A program made the position numbers and the translations under genes. This document shows positions 28,946-36,243 of a stretch of 36,243 bases of DNA, one piece after another. How positions within the stretch are numbered: position 1 is the first letter of the stretch; every line of letters starts with the position of its first letter. Under the pieces are notes generated by a model. That model did not search any database and had not been told where the DNA came from. It saw only the letters and a program-made list of their open reading frames with translations. Source of the stretch: a virus; the UHGV virus genome UHGV-0229041. One strand, written 5' to 3'.

Positions 28946-29638
28946 ATGAAAAAAGAAACTCTTGCTGATCGCTTAAACCTAGCGATGGAACAATCTGGAA
29001 TGTCTCAAGGCGCTCTTGCAAAGGCGTCTGGCGTAGCTCAACCCACAATCTGGAGACTGACAAGCGGCAACGCGCGCGGCTCAACAAAAATTGTTGAAAT
29101 AGCTAATGCATTGGGTGTTCGAACAGAATGGCTCTCATCAGGCATAGGCCCGATGAGAAATGACGGTCAACAATCAGGGAAGCCTGCTGTCAGCCATTCA
29201 AAATACTTCAAGATTGACGTTCTTGATATAGAAGTCAGTGCCGGACCGGGTGTCATCAACCGTGAGTTTGTGGAAGTTCTACGCTCGGTTGAGTACTCGT
29301 TTGACGATGCTCGTCACATGTTCGATGGCAGGAAGGCGGAAAATATCCGCATCATTAACGTGCGCGGTGACAGCATGTCAGGAACGATCGAACCAGGTGA
29401 TCTGCTGTTCGTTGATATCACTGTTAAATCTTTCGACGGTGATGGTATCTATGCGTTTCTGTACGACGACACAGCCCATGTAAAGCGTCTGCAAATGATG
29501 AAGGATAAGCTGCTGGTTATCTCTGATAACAAGAGCTACTCACCGTGGGACCCGATCGAGAAAGACGAGATGAACCGGGTGTTCATCTTCGGTAAGGTTA
29601 TTGGGAGCATGCCGCAGACTTACCGAAAGCATGGTTAA
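28946..29638 (+). CDS. cI: CI-type repressor with HTH and S24 LexA-like autopeptidase domain (alternative start 28910)
   Basis: N-terminal HTH MSQGALAKASGVAQPTIWRL; C-terminal VRGDSMSGTIEPGDLLFVD with catalytic Ser motif and downstream Lys. Confidence 0.85.
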   Translation: MKKETLADRLNLAMEQSGMSQGALAKASGVAQPTIWRLTSGNARGSTKIVEIANALGVRTEWLSSGIGPMRNDGQQSGKPAVSHSKYFKIDVLDIEVSAGPGVINREFVEVLRSVEYSFDDARHMFDGRKAENIRIINVRGDSMSGTIEPGDLLFVDITVKSFDGDGIYAFLYDDTAHVKRLQMMKDKLLVISDNKSYSPWDPIEKDEMNRVFIFGKVIGSMPQTYRKHG

Positions 29639-29869
29639 ACGACCTGCATTGCGGGTCACACCGCATATTTATAGCCAAAGCATACCTAGCAATGGACTGA
29701 ATGCAGCTTACAAGATATCATTGTTTTTCAAAGAAAAGGGAACAATACCCTTTTGAAAAGCAGCAATCATTGTCAACGGCACTAATAGTACGCAATGAGC
29801 AAAACTTAGCTGTTTAATAAGCATGCAAATAATGAAGGTATCATCATATTAACAATGTGTTGGTGAAGC

Positions 29870-30193
29870 ATGAACGACAATAACAAGAATACTCGATCGC
29901 CAGAAGAGCATGAAGCTGTAGAAAAAGCGTTATCTGTTACACGAGCAGATATCGCGGAGTATTTTACTTCATTCGAAAAGCAGCATGGCGATATGTTGTG
30001 TCCGCTATGCAAAACATCTCTTTGGGCCATCACGCCTAGAATTGATAGTGATGAGCATGCAGCTATTATCACTTTACCATTGCCTAATGCATCTGGCAGG
30101 GGGGTTTGGGCATATCCTATTATATGCTCTGGATGTGGCTATATAATTCATCTTTCTGCAAGTTTTGTCGTAGGCAAAATCAAAGGAGAATGA
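29870..30193 (+). CDS. Hypothetical zinc-ribbon-like protein, first gene of the rex-position operon
   Basis: 107 aa with CPLCK and CSGCGY Cys pairs; AT-rich; ATGA overlap with the next gene. Confidence 0.5.
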   Translation: MNDNNKNTRSPEEHEAVEKALSVTRADIAEYFTSFEKQHGDMLCPLCKTSLWAITPRIDSDEHAAIITLPLPNASGRGVWAYPIICSGCGYIIHLSASFVVGKIKGE

Positions 30194-30648
30194 AAGTGGC
30201 TACTGTTGCAATAGATGGTTATTCATTCATCACGGTTTCCGATAGTTGCATCTCTGACACAGCGCTTCCACCTATTGAAAATACTTATGGTGACAATATA
30301 TACATACCCAAAATCGTTGAAACCATAGGTCCGGTTTATCGCCAAAAAGACTTAGATCACAGATACATACTTTACGCAGTGGCTGTATCATTAGTGCTCA
30401 CTTTAAGTGTTGTTGTATGGTCTATAGGAGGTAGGTTTATGGTCTACATTCCATTATACGTTGCACTTGCACCTATCGTTTATTGGTTACTGAAGATTTC
30501 CTATGCTTACTGCCTCGTAAAATGTGCTGGCTCCAGTCTCCTAGATGACTTTGATTCTCACCATATTGAGAACAACAGGTTTGTAAAGCGTATTAATAGT
30601 ATTTCATTCAGAGTAGTTGCTATAACAAAAAAACTTTTCTGGAGATAA
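30190..30648 (+). CDS. Hypothetical membrane protein, rex-position operon gene 2 (alternative GTG start 30196)
   Basis: About 152 aa with two central hydrophobic helices; start overlaps the gene 1 stop. Confidence 0.5.
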   Translation: MKVATVAIDGYSFITVSDSCISDTALPPIENTYGDNIYIPKIVETIGPVYRQKDLDHRYILYAVAVSLVLTLSVVVWSIGGRFMVYIPLYVALAPIVYWLLKISYAYCLVKCAGSSLLDDFDSHHIENNRFVKRINSISFRVVAITKKLFWR

Positions 30649-30649
30649 G

Positions 30650-31072
30650 ATGGCAGAAGGGCGTCTAAAAACCGCGGGTAAAAACAGCCTGCCTTTTGCC
30701 ATTACCAGTGTTCTTTGTGGTTACATTAACCACATGGTTCCTGAAATTTTTCCGGAAGGGGAAATGCGCCAATGGGCATATAGCACGATCCCAATGCTAT
30801 CGCTGGTTTTACTGTACATTATTAGGACAATTAAAGATTTTGGAACTATGAGTCTGGCTCGTCTGGCTATTACTATATGTGCTACCCCAGAGAAAAAGCG
30901 CCTCAAACTCATAATGTCTGATAAGCATGTCAGTGAGGAAACAAAAGCTATAGCCGAGGCTCGTTATAATCAAATTATTCAAAAAGAATTAGAAATAGGC
31001 TCCAATGCGGTTGATTATGTAGTAGGTATGCCAATTGTACATAATCAACCCAGACCAACAATTGATGAATAA
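30650..31072 (+). CDS. Hypothetical membrane protein, rex-position operon gene 3
   Basis: 140 aa, GGAG Shine-Dalgarno 5 nt upstream, starts 1 nt after the gene 2 stop; hydrophobic N-terminal half. Confidence 0.5.
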   Translation: MAEGRLKTAGKNSLPFAITSVLCGYINHMVPEIFPEGEMRQWAYSTIPMLSLVLLYIIRTIKDFGTMSLARLAITICATPEKKRLKLIMSDKHVSEETKAIAEARYNQIIQKELEIGSNAVDYVVGMPIVHNQPRPTIDE

Positions 31073-31083
31073 TTCGTAAAAAA

Positions 31084-31110
31084 CCCGGCCACCGTGCCGG
31101 GTTTTCTTTT
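31084..31110 (+). terminator. Intrinsic terminator ending the cI plus rex-position operon
   Basis: CCCGGC-CACCGT-GCCGGG hairpin followed by TTTTCTTTT. Confidence 0.65.
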
Positions 31111-31229
31111 GCCTCCCCTCATCACACAAACCGTTCAAAAAACCACCACACCTCACTTCAGTTATCGCTATGCGATGCAAGTCACAAAATTAATTCTTTT
31201 TGCTATCAAACATTTAATATCAAAACACA

Positions 31230-31275
31230 TCAACCAATAGCAATAAGTATTGATATCACCAATAGCAATAGCTAT
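31230..31275. promoter_or_regulatory. OL-like operator / early-left promoter region
   Basis: Two direct copies of ACCAATAGCAATA (31233 to 31245 and 31258 to 31270) sharing the AATAGCAA core with the OR region. Confidence 0.45.
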
Positions 31276-31471
31276 TATCACCATATCGCAACAACACAAC
31301 GATACGGCAACCACCTGATTCACCGTTGCGATGACCGCTTAGATCCGCAGTTTGAATTTCAGCAGGCTTCGGGGAGTGCGAGGGGTGAAACGGACGCGTG
31401 AACGTCGGTGTGACCAGCTGAAATCAACACAACACTTTATACCTCAGTCGCTTCAACGAGGCGGCTTAGTT

Positions 31472-31762
31472 ATGACAACCGGCGGCCATCCACCGCCTGA
31501 ATACGCGCAGAAGTCTCTATATGTTCAGCAGCCCAGCTTACGGGCAGGAGTTTTTATGGTTCATCAACATTACGGAACGCAGACCGTTAATCGCGGCGCG
31601 GTCATGCCAGGAATGCTGGTCAAACACAAAGATGGTACCTGGACTGCATCAGCTAATTTACGCGGACGGCTTTATCTGCATCGCGGCATCGAGCGCACTT
31701 ATACCCGTGATTTGCTCGTGGAAGTTTTTCTCGACGGACGCGGTAACGGCCTGAATCACTAA
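31472..31762 (+). CDS. Hypothetical early protein upstream of gam (lambda kil position)
   Basis: 96-aa ORF from first ATG with GAGG Shine-Dalgarno; no recognised family. Confidence 0.35.
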   Translation: MTTGGHPPPEYAQKSLYVQQPSLRAGVFMVHQHYGTQTVNRGAVMPGMLVKHKDGTWTASANLRGRLYLHRGIERTYTRDLLVEVFLDGRGNGLNH

Positions 31763-31838
31763 CCCCCCTTTCCTGTTTTCCTAATCAGCCTGGCATTTCG
31801 CGGGCGATATTTTCACAGCCATTTTCAGGAGTTCAGCC

Positions 31839-32135
31839 ATGAACGCTTATTACATTCAGGATCGTCTTGAGGCTCAGAGCTGGGCGCGTCACTACCAGCA
31901 GATCGCCCGTGAAGAGAAAGAGGCAGAACTGGCAGACGACATGGAAAAAGGCCTGCCCCAGCATTTGTTTGAATCGCTCTGCATCGATCATTTGCAACGC
32001 CACGGGGCCAGCAAAAAAGCCATTACCCGTGCATTTGATGACGATGTTGAGTTTCAGGAGCGCATGGCAGAACACATCCGGTACATGGTTGAAACCATTG
32101 CTCACCATCAGGTTGATATTGATTCAGAGGTATAA
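31839..32135 (+). CDS. gam: Gam (RecBCD inhibitor), short GamS form
   Basis: [60 protein letters not shown], near identical to recalled lambda Gam. Confidence 0.95.
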   Translation: MNAYYIQDRLEAQSWARHYQQIAREEKEAELADDMEKGLPQHLFESLCIDHLQRHGASKKAITRAFDDDVEFQERMAEHIRYMVETIAHHQVDIDSEV

Positions 32136-32140
32136 AACGG

Positions 32141-32926
32141 ATGAGTACAGCACTCGCAACGCTGGCTGGGAAGCTGGCTGAACGTGTCGGCATGGATTCT
32201 GTCGACCCACAGGAACTGATCACCACTCTTCGCCAGACGGCATTTAAAGGTGATGCCAGCGATGCGCAGTTCATCGCATTGTTGATCGTCGCCAACCAGT
32301 ACGGCCTTAATCCGTGGACGAAAGAAATTTACGCTTTCCCTGATAAGCAGAACGGCATCGTTCCGGTGGTGGGCGTTGATGGCTGGTCCCGCATCATCAA
32401 TGAAAACCAGCAGTTTGATGGCATGGACTTTGAACAGGACAACGAATCCTGCACATGCCGGATTTACCGCAAAGACCGCAATCATCCGATCTGCGTTACC
32501 GAGTGGATGGATGAATGCCGCCGCGAACCATTCAAAACCCGCGAAGGCAGAGAAATCACCGGACCGTGGCAGTCGCATCCCAAACGGATGTTACGGCATA
32601 AAGCCATGATTCAGTGTGCCCGTCTGGCCTTCGGATTTGCGGGTATCTATGACAAGGATGAAGCCGAGCGCATTGTCGAAAATACCGCATACACTGCAGA
32701 ACGTCAGCCGGAACGCGACATCACTCCGGTTAACGATGAAACCATGCAGGAAATTAACACTCTGCTGATCGCCCTGGATAAAACATGGGATGACGACTTA
32801 TTGCCGCTCTGTTCCCAGATATTTCGCCGCGACATTCGCGCATCGTCAGAACTGACACAGGCCGAAGCAGTGAAAGCTCTTGGATTCCTGAAACAAAAAG
32901 CCACTGAGCAGAAGGTGGCAGCATGA
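32141..32926 (+). CDS. bet: Bet (Red-beta single-strand annealing protein)
   Basis: [66 protein letters not shown], near identical to recalled lambda Bet. Confidence 0.95.
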   Translation: MSTALATLAGKLAERVGMDSVDPQELITTLRQTAFKGDASDAQFIALLIVANQYGLNPWTKEIYAFPDKQNGIVPVVGVDGWSRIINENQQFDGMDFEQDNESCTCRIYRKDRNHPICVTEWMDECRREPFKTREGREITGPWQSHPKRMLRHKAMIQCARLAFGFAGIYDKDEAERIVENTAYTAERQPERDITPVNDETMQEINTLLIALDKTWDDDLLPLCSQIFRRDIRASSELTQAEAVKALGFLKQKATEQKVAA

Positions 32927-33603
32927 CACCGGACATTATACTGCAGCGTACCGGGATCGACGTGAGAGCTGTCGAACAGGGGGATGATGCATGGCACAAA
33001 TTACGGCTCGGCGTCATCACCGCTTCAGAAGTTCACAACGTGATAGCAAAACCCCGCTCCGGAAAGAAGTGGCCTGACATGAAAATGTCCTACTTCCACA
33101 CCCTGCTTGCCGAGGTTTGCACCGGTGTGGCTCCGGAAGTTAACGCTAAAGCACTGGCCTGGGGAAAACAGTACGAGAACGACGCCAGAACCCTGTTTGA
33201 GTTCACTTCCGGCGTGAATGTTATTGAATCCCCGATCATCTATCGCGACGAAAGTATGCGCACCGCCTGCTCTCCCGATGGTTTATGCAGTGATGGCAAC
33301 GGCCTTGAACTGAAATGCCCGTTTACCTCCCGGGATTTCATGAAGTTCCGGCTCGGTGGTTTCGAGGCCATAAAATCGGCTTACATGGCCCAGGTGCAGT
33401 ACAGCATGTGGGTGGCACGAAAAGATGCCTGGTACTTTGCCAACTATGACCCGCGGATGAAGCGTGAAGGCCTGCATTATGTCGTGATTGAGCAGGATGA
33501 AAAGTACATGGCGAGTTTTGACGAGATGGTGCCGGAGTTCATCGAAAAAATGGACGAGGCACTGGCTGAAATTGGTTTTGTATTTGGGGAGCAATGGCGA
33601 TGA
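32923..33603 (+). CDS. exo: Exo (lambda exonuclease, Red-alpha)
   Basis: [50 protein letters not shown], near identical to recalled lambda Exo. Confidence 0.95.
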   Translation: MTPDIILQRTGIDVRAVEQGDDAWHKLRLGVITASEVHNVIAKPRSGKKWPDMKMSYFHTLLAEVCTGVAPEVNAKALAWGKQYENDARTLFEFTSGVNVIESPIIYRDESMRTACSPDGLCSDGNGLELKCPFTSRDFMKFRLGGFEAIKSAYMAQVQYSMWVARKDAWYFANYDPRMKREGLHYVVIEQDEKYMASFDEMVPEFIEKMDEALAEIGFVFGEQWR

Positions 33604-33782
33604 AGCATCCTCACGATAATATCCGGGTAGGCGCGATCACTTTCGTCTACTCCGTTACAAAGCGAGGCTGGGTATTTCCCGGCCTTTCTGTTACCCGAAA
33701 TCCCCTGAAAGCACAGCGGCTGGCTGAGGAGATAAATAATAAACGGGGAGCTGTATGCACAAAGCATCTCCTGTTGAGTTAA
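33594..33782 (+). CDS. Small early protein (lambda orf60a-like position)
   Basis: 62-aa ORF overlapping the exo stop. Confidence 0.4.
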   Translation: MAMKHPHDNIRVGAITFVYSVTKRGWVFPGLSVTRNPLKAQRLAEEINNKRGAVCTKHLLLS

Positions 33783-33946
33783 GAACGAGCATTGAGATGG
33801 CACATAGCCTCGCTCAAATTGGAGTCAGGTTTGTGCCAATACCAGTAGAAACAGACGAAGAATTTCATACGTTAGCCGCATCCCTTTCACAAAAGCTGGA
33901 AATGATGGTGGCGAAAGCAGAAGCAGATGAGAGAGACCAGGTATGA
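33755..33946 (+). CDS. Small early protein
   Basis: 63-aa acidic ORF in the early-left operon. Confidence 0.4.
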   Translation: MHKASPVELRTSIEMAHSLAQIGVRFVPIPVETDEEFHTLAASLSQKLEMMVAKAEADERDQV

Positions 33947-34022
33947 CAACCACTGAATGCATTTTTCTGGCAGCGGGCTTCATATTCTGTGTGCTTATGC
34001 TTGCCGACATGGGACTTGTTCA

Positions 34023-34238
34023 ATGACACCTCAGCAGGAAAACGCCCTTCGCAGCATTGCACGTCAGGCTAATTCTGAAATCAAAAAAGCCAGACAGCAG
34101 TTTCCGGATAAAAACGTCGATGACATTTGCCGTAGCGTACTTAAGAAGCACCGCGAAACGGTAACGCTGATGGGATTCACACCGACTCATTTAAGCCTGG
34201 CGATCGGCATGTTAAACGGCGTCTTTAAGGAACGGTGA
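34023..34238 (+). CDS. Small early protein (start uncertain; ORF opens at 33957)
   Basis: MTPQQENALRSIARQANSEIKKARQQFPDKNVDD. Confidence 0.4.
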   Translation: MTPQQENALRSIARQANSEIKKARQQFPDKNVDDICRSVLKKHRETVTLMGFTPTHLSLAIGMLNGVFKER

Positions 34239-34336
34239 ACATGAAAAGCAAAATCATCAGGGAGCTACAGGCTCCTTTTTTATTGTTCGCATTCATCCTC
34301 AAGCGTATTAACCAACAATTCAGGGATTAATGGAAG

Positions 34337-34555
34337 ATGGCAGACATCATTGATTCAGCATCAGAAATCGAAGAATTACAGCGCAATACAGCAATAAAAA
34401 TGCGTCGTCTGAACTACCAGACTGTATCCGCAACTCATTGTTGTGAGTGTGGCGATCCGATAGATGAGCGAAGACGCCTGGCTGTTCAGGGTTGTCGGAC
34501 TTGTGCAAGTTGCCAGGAGGAGATCGAACTTAAGAACAAACAATGGGGACTGTGA
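34337..34555 (+). CDS. TraR/DksA-family C4 zinc-finger protein (lambda Orf73-like)
   Basis: 72 aa with CCECGDPIDE and CRTCASCQEE Cys pairs. Confidence 0.7.
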   Translation: MADIIDSASEIEELQRNTAIKMRRLNYQTVSATHCCECGDPIDERRRLAVQGCRTCASCQEEIELKNKQWGL

Positions 34556-34602
34556 TGGCCTCAAAGCAGCAAATTTCAACATCGTCCAACTGAGGTGTAA
34601 AA

Positions 34603-34881
34603 ATGTTCAGAATCATTTTTCCTAACACCTGGTACGTCGACCACCACGGCACTCCCTGCAAAATCCTGCGTTCTACCCACAACAAAGTTCACTACATCCG
34701 AAAAGGCAGAACATGTATCGCCAGCATGTTCCGCTTTAATCATGACTTTGAACCTGTGAATAAAGCTGATGCAGATCGGATAGCAGAAGAGATCGAAACG
34801 GCAGAACACATTAAGAAGTTACGTGACATGCGTTCAAAAAGCAGAGGTAACCATGGAATCATACAGCCTCACACTCGATGA
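34603..34881 (+). CDS. Hypothetical protein
   Basis: 92-aa ORF with GAGGT Shine-Dalgarno. Confidence 0.4.
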   Translation: MFRIIFPNTWYVDHHGTPCKILRSTHNKVHYIRKGRTCIASMFRFNHDFEPVNKADADRIAEEIETAEHIKKLRDMRSKSRGNHGIIQPHTR

Positions 34882-35203
34882 GGCCTGTCAGTTTCTCAAG
34901 ATATCCAGACCTACCGCTACCAACTGGATACGAACAGGCCGCCTACAGGCAACACGCAAAGACCCCACTAAACTAAAATCTCCTTACCTCACAACACGAC
35001 AAGCCTGCATTGCGGCGCTTCAGTCTCCGCTGCATACTGTCCAGGTGAGCGCGGGTGATGGCATAACAGAGGAAAGAAAATGTCACTCTTCCGCAGAGGT
35101 GAAATATGGTACGCCAGTTTCACATTGCCGAACGGTAAAAGATTTAAACAGTCTCTTGGAACAAAGGACAAAAGGCAGGCGACAGAACTCCATGACAAGC
35201 TAA
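34853..35203 (+). CDS. xis: Excisionase (AlpA/Xis-type HTH); true 3-prime end uncertain, ORF overlaps int
   Basis: [42 protein letters not shown] immediately upstream of int. Confidence 0.65.
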   Translation: MESYSLTLDEACQFLKISRPTATNWIRTGRLQATRKDPTKLKSPYLTTRQACIAALQSPLHTVQVSAGDGITEERKCHSSAEVKYGTPVSHCRTVKDLNSLLEQRTKGRRQNSMTS

Positions 35204-36243
35204 AGGCTGAAGCATGGCGGGTCAGCAAACTTGGTGAAATACCTGATATAACGTTCGAGGAAGCGTGTGTCAGGTGGCTTGAAGAGAAAGCACATAAAAA
35301 ATCACTGGACGATGACAAAAGCCGGATCGGATTCTGGCTTCAACATTTCGCAGGAATGCAACTAAGAGACATTACTGAATCAAAAATTTATTCAGCAATG
35401 CAGAAAATGACGAACCGGCGTCATGAGGAAAACTGGAGACTCAGGGCAGAAGCATGCAGAAAAAAAGGGAAACCTGTTCCAGAATACACGCCAAAACCAG
35501 CGTCCGTTGCAACGAAGGCTACGCATCTTTCATTTATAAAGGCCCTACTAAGAGCCGCAGAGCGTGAATGGAAAATGCTGGATAAGGCACCAATTATTAA
35601 AGTGCCTCAACCAAAGAATAAACGGATCCGCTGGCTGGAGCCCCATGAAGCACAAAGGCTGATTGATGAATGTCCGGAGCCATTAAAGTCTGTTGTTGAA
35701 TTTGCACTGGCAACAGGTTTAAGACGCTCGAACATCATCAACCTTGAATGGCAACAAATAGATATGCAGCGCCGGGTGGCATGGATAAACCCGGAAGAGA
35801 GTAAATCAAACCGCGCAATTGGCGTTGCGCTGAATGATACTGCATGTCGCGTATTGAAAAAACAAATCGGGAATCATCACCGTTGGGTATTTGTGTACAA
35901 GGAAAGCTGTACCAAACCAGACGGAACGAAAGCGCCAACAGTAAGGAAGATGCGGTATGACGCAAACACAGCCTGGAAAGCGGCGCTGAGACGGGCTGGT
36001 ATTGATGATTTCAGATTTCACGACTTGAGACACACCTGGGCAAGTTGGCTGGTTCAAGCCGGAGTCCCGTTGTCAGTGTTACAGGAAATGGGAGGCTGGG
36101 AGTCTATCGAAATGGTTCGTCGATATGCTCACCTTGCACCTAATCACCTTACCGAACACGCACGGCAAATAGACTCGATCCTGAACCCATCGGTCCCAAA
36201 TTCGTCCCAGTCAAAAAATAAGGAAGGTACTAATGATGTGTAA
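35080..36243 (+). CDS. int: Tyrosine integrase, e14/phage 21 type
   Basis: [48 protein letters not shown] and C-terminal [15 protein letters not shown]...VRRYAHL catalytic region, resembles recalled e14 IntE. Confidence 0.95.
   Translation: MSLFRRGEIWYASFTLPNGKRFKQSLGTKDKRQATELHDKLKAEAWRVSKLGEIPDITFEEACVRWLEEKAHKKSLDDDKSRIGFWLQHFAGMQLRDITESKIYSAMQKMTNRRHEENWRLRAEACRKKGKPVPEYTPKPASVATKATHLSFIKALLRAAEREWKMLDKAPIIKVPQPKNKRIRWLEPHEAQRLIDECPEPLKSVVEFALATGLRRSNIINLEWQQIDMQRRVAWINPEESKSNRAIGVALNDTACRVLKKQIGNHHRWVFVYKESCTKPDGTKAPTVRKMRYDANTAWKAALRRAGIDDFRFHDLRHTWASWLVQAGVPLSVLQEMGGWESIEMVRRYAHLAPNHLTEHARQIDSILNPSVPNSSQSKNKEGTNDV

Larger units (their letters stand above)
681..36243. mobile_element. 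Lambdoid mosaic prophage (HK97-like head, Mu-like contractile tail, lambda-like early and lysis regions, e14-like integrase); right end beyond window
   Basis: Contiguous phage gene modules from tfa to int; integrase stop coincides with window end; left boundary is a fusion junction near 680. Confidence 0.85.

Noticed and set aside
31352-31762. 136-aa ORF with an Arg-rich N-terminal segment (RGVKRTRERR) that looked like an N-type arginine-rich motif
   Set aside because: The ORF-track start is a TTG with no Shine-Dalgarno; the first ATG with a GAGG site is at 31472, so the Arg-rich part is probably untranslated leader. No boxB-like hairpin found nearby.
31782-31838. Possible long GamL form with an N-terminal extension upstream of MNAYYIQ
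   Set aside because: The in-frame upstream sequence hits a TAA at 31782 to 31784 with no ATG between, so only the short form is encoded.
35080-35203. 124-nt out-of-frame overlap between the xis ORF and int
   Set aside because: Probably a run-on of the xis reading frame rather than functional overlap; the HTH domain is complete well before 35080. Kept as a single xis feature with an uncertain end.

Overview
The window is almost entirely one mosaic lambdoid prophage (about 681 to 36243), abutting fragments of host ABC-transporter genes at the left edge (1 to 680). Minus strand, right to left: HNH endonuclease, terminase small and large subunits, HK97-type portal, prohead protease and major capsid, head-tail joining genes, then a Mu-like contractile tail (sheath, tube, chaperone with a -1 frameshift, tape measure, baseplate, tail fiber, Tfa). 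Upstream of these on the same strand: lambda-like lysis genes (holin, R, Rz/Rz1, with bor opposite), Q-like antiterminator, ylcG, rusA, ybcO, ninE, ninB, truncated ren, P, O (with ori iterons) and a Rac-like ydaT/ydaS pair. Plus strand: cI repressor, a three-gene operon in the rexAB position, OL, then lambda-like gam, bet, exo, small early genes, xis and an e14-like integrase ending at the window edge. The two best candidates for undescribed accessory systems are the AT-rich rex-position operon (29870 to 31072) and an AT-rich cargo island that replaced the 3-prime part of ren (about 23940 to 26153). The left boundary is abnormal: tfa is truncated and fused in frame to the C-terminal end of an ABC-transporter gene, and a second ABC gene switches strand near position 200. 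All homology statements come from recalled protein families and manual translation; no database search was run.
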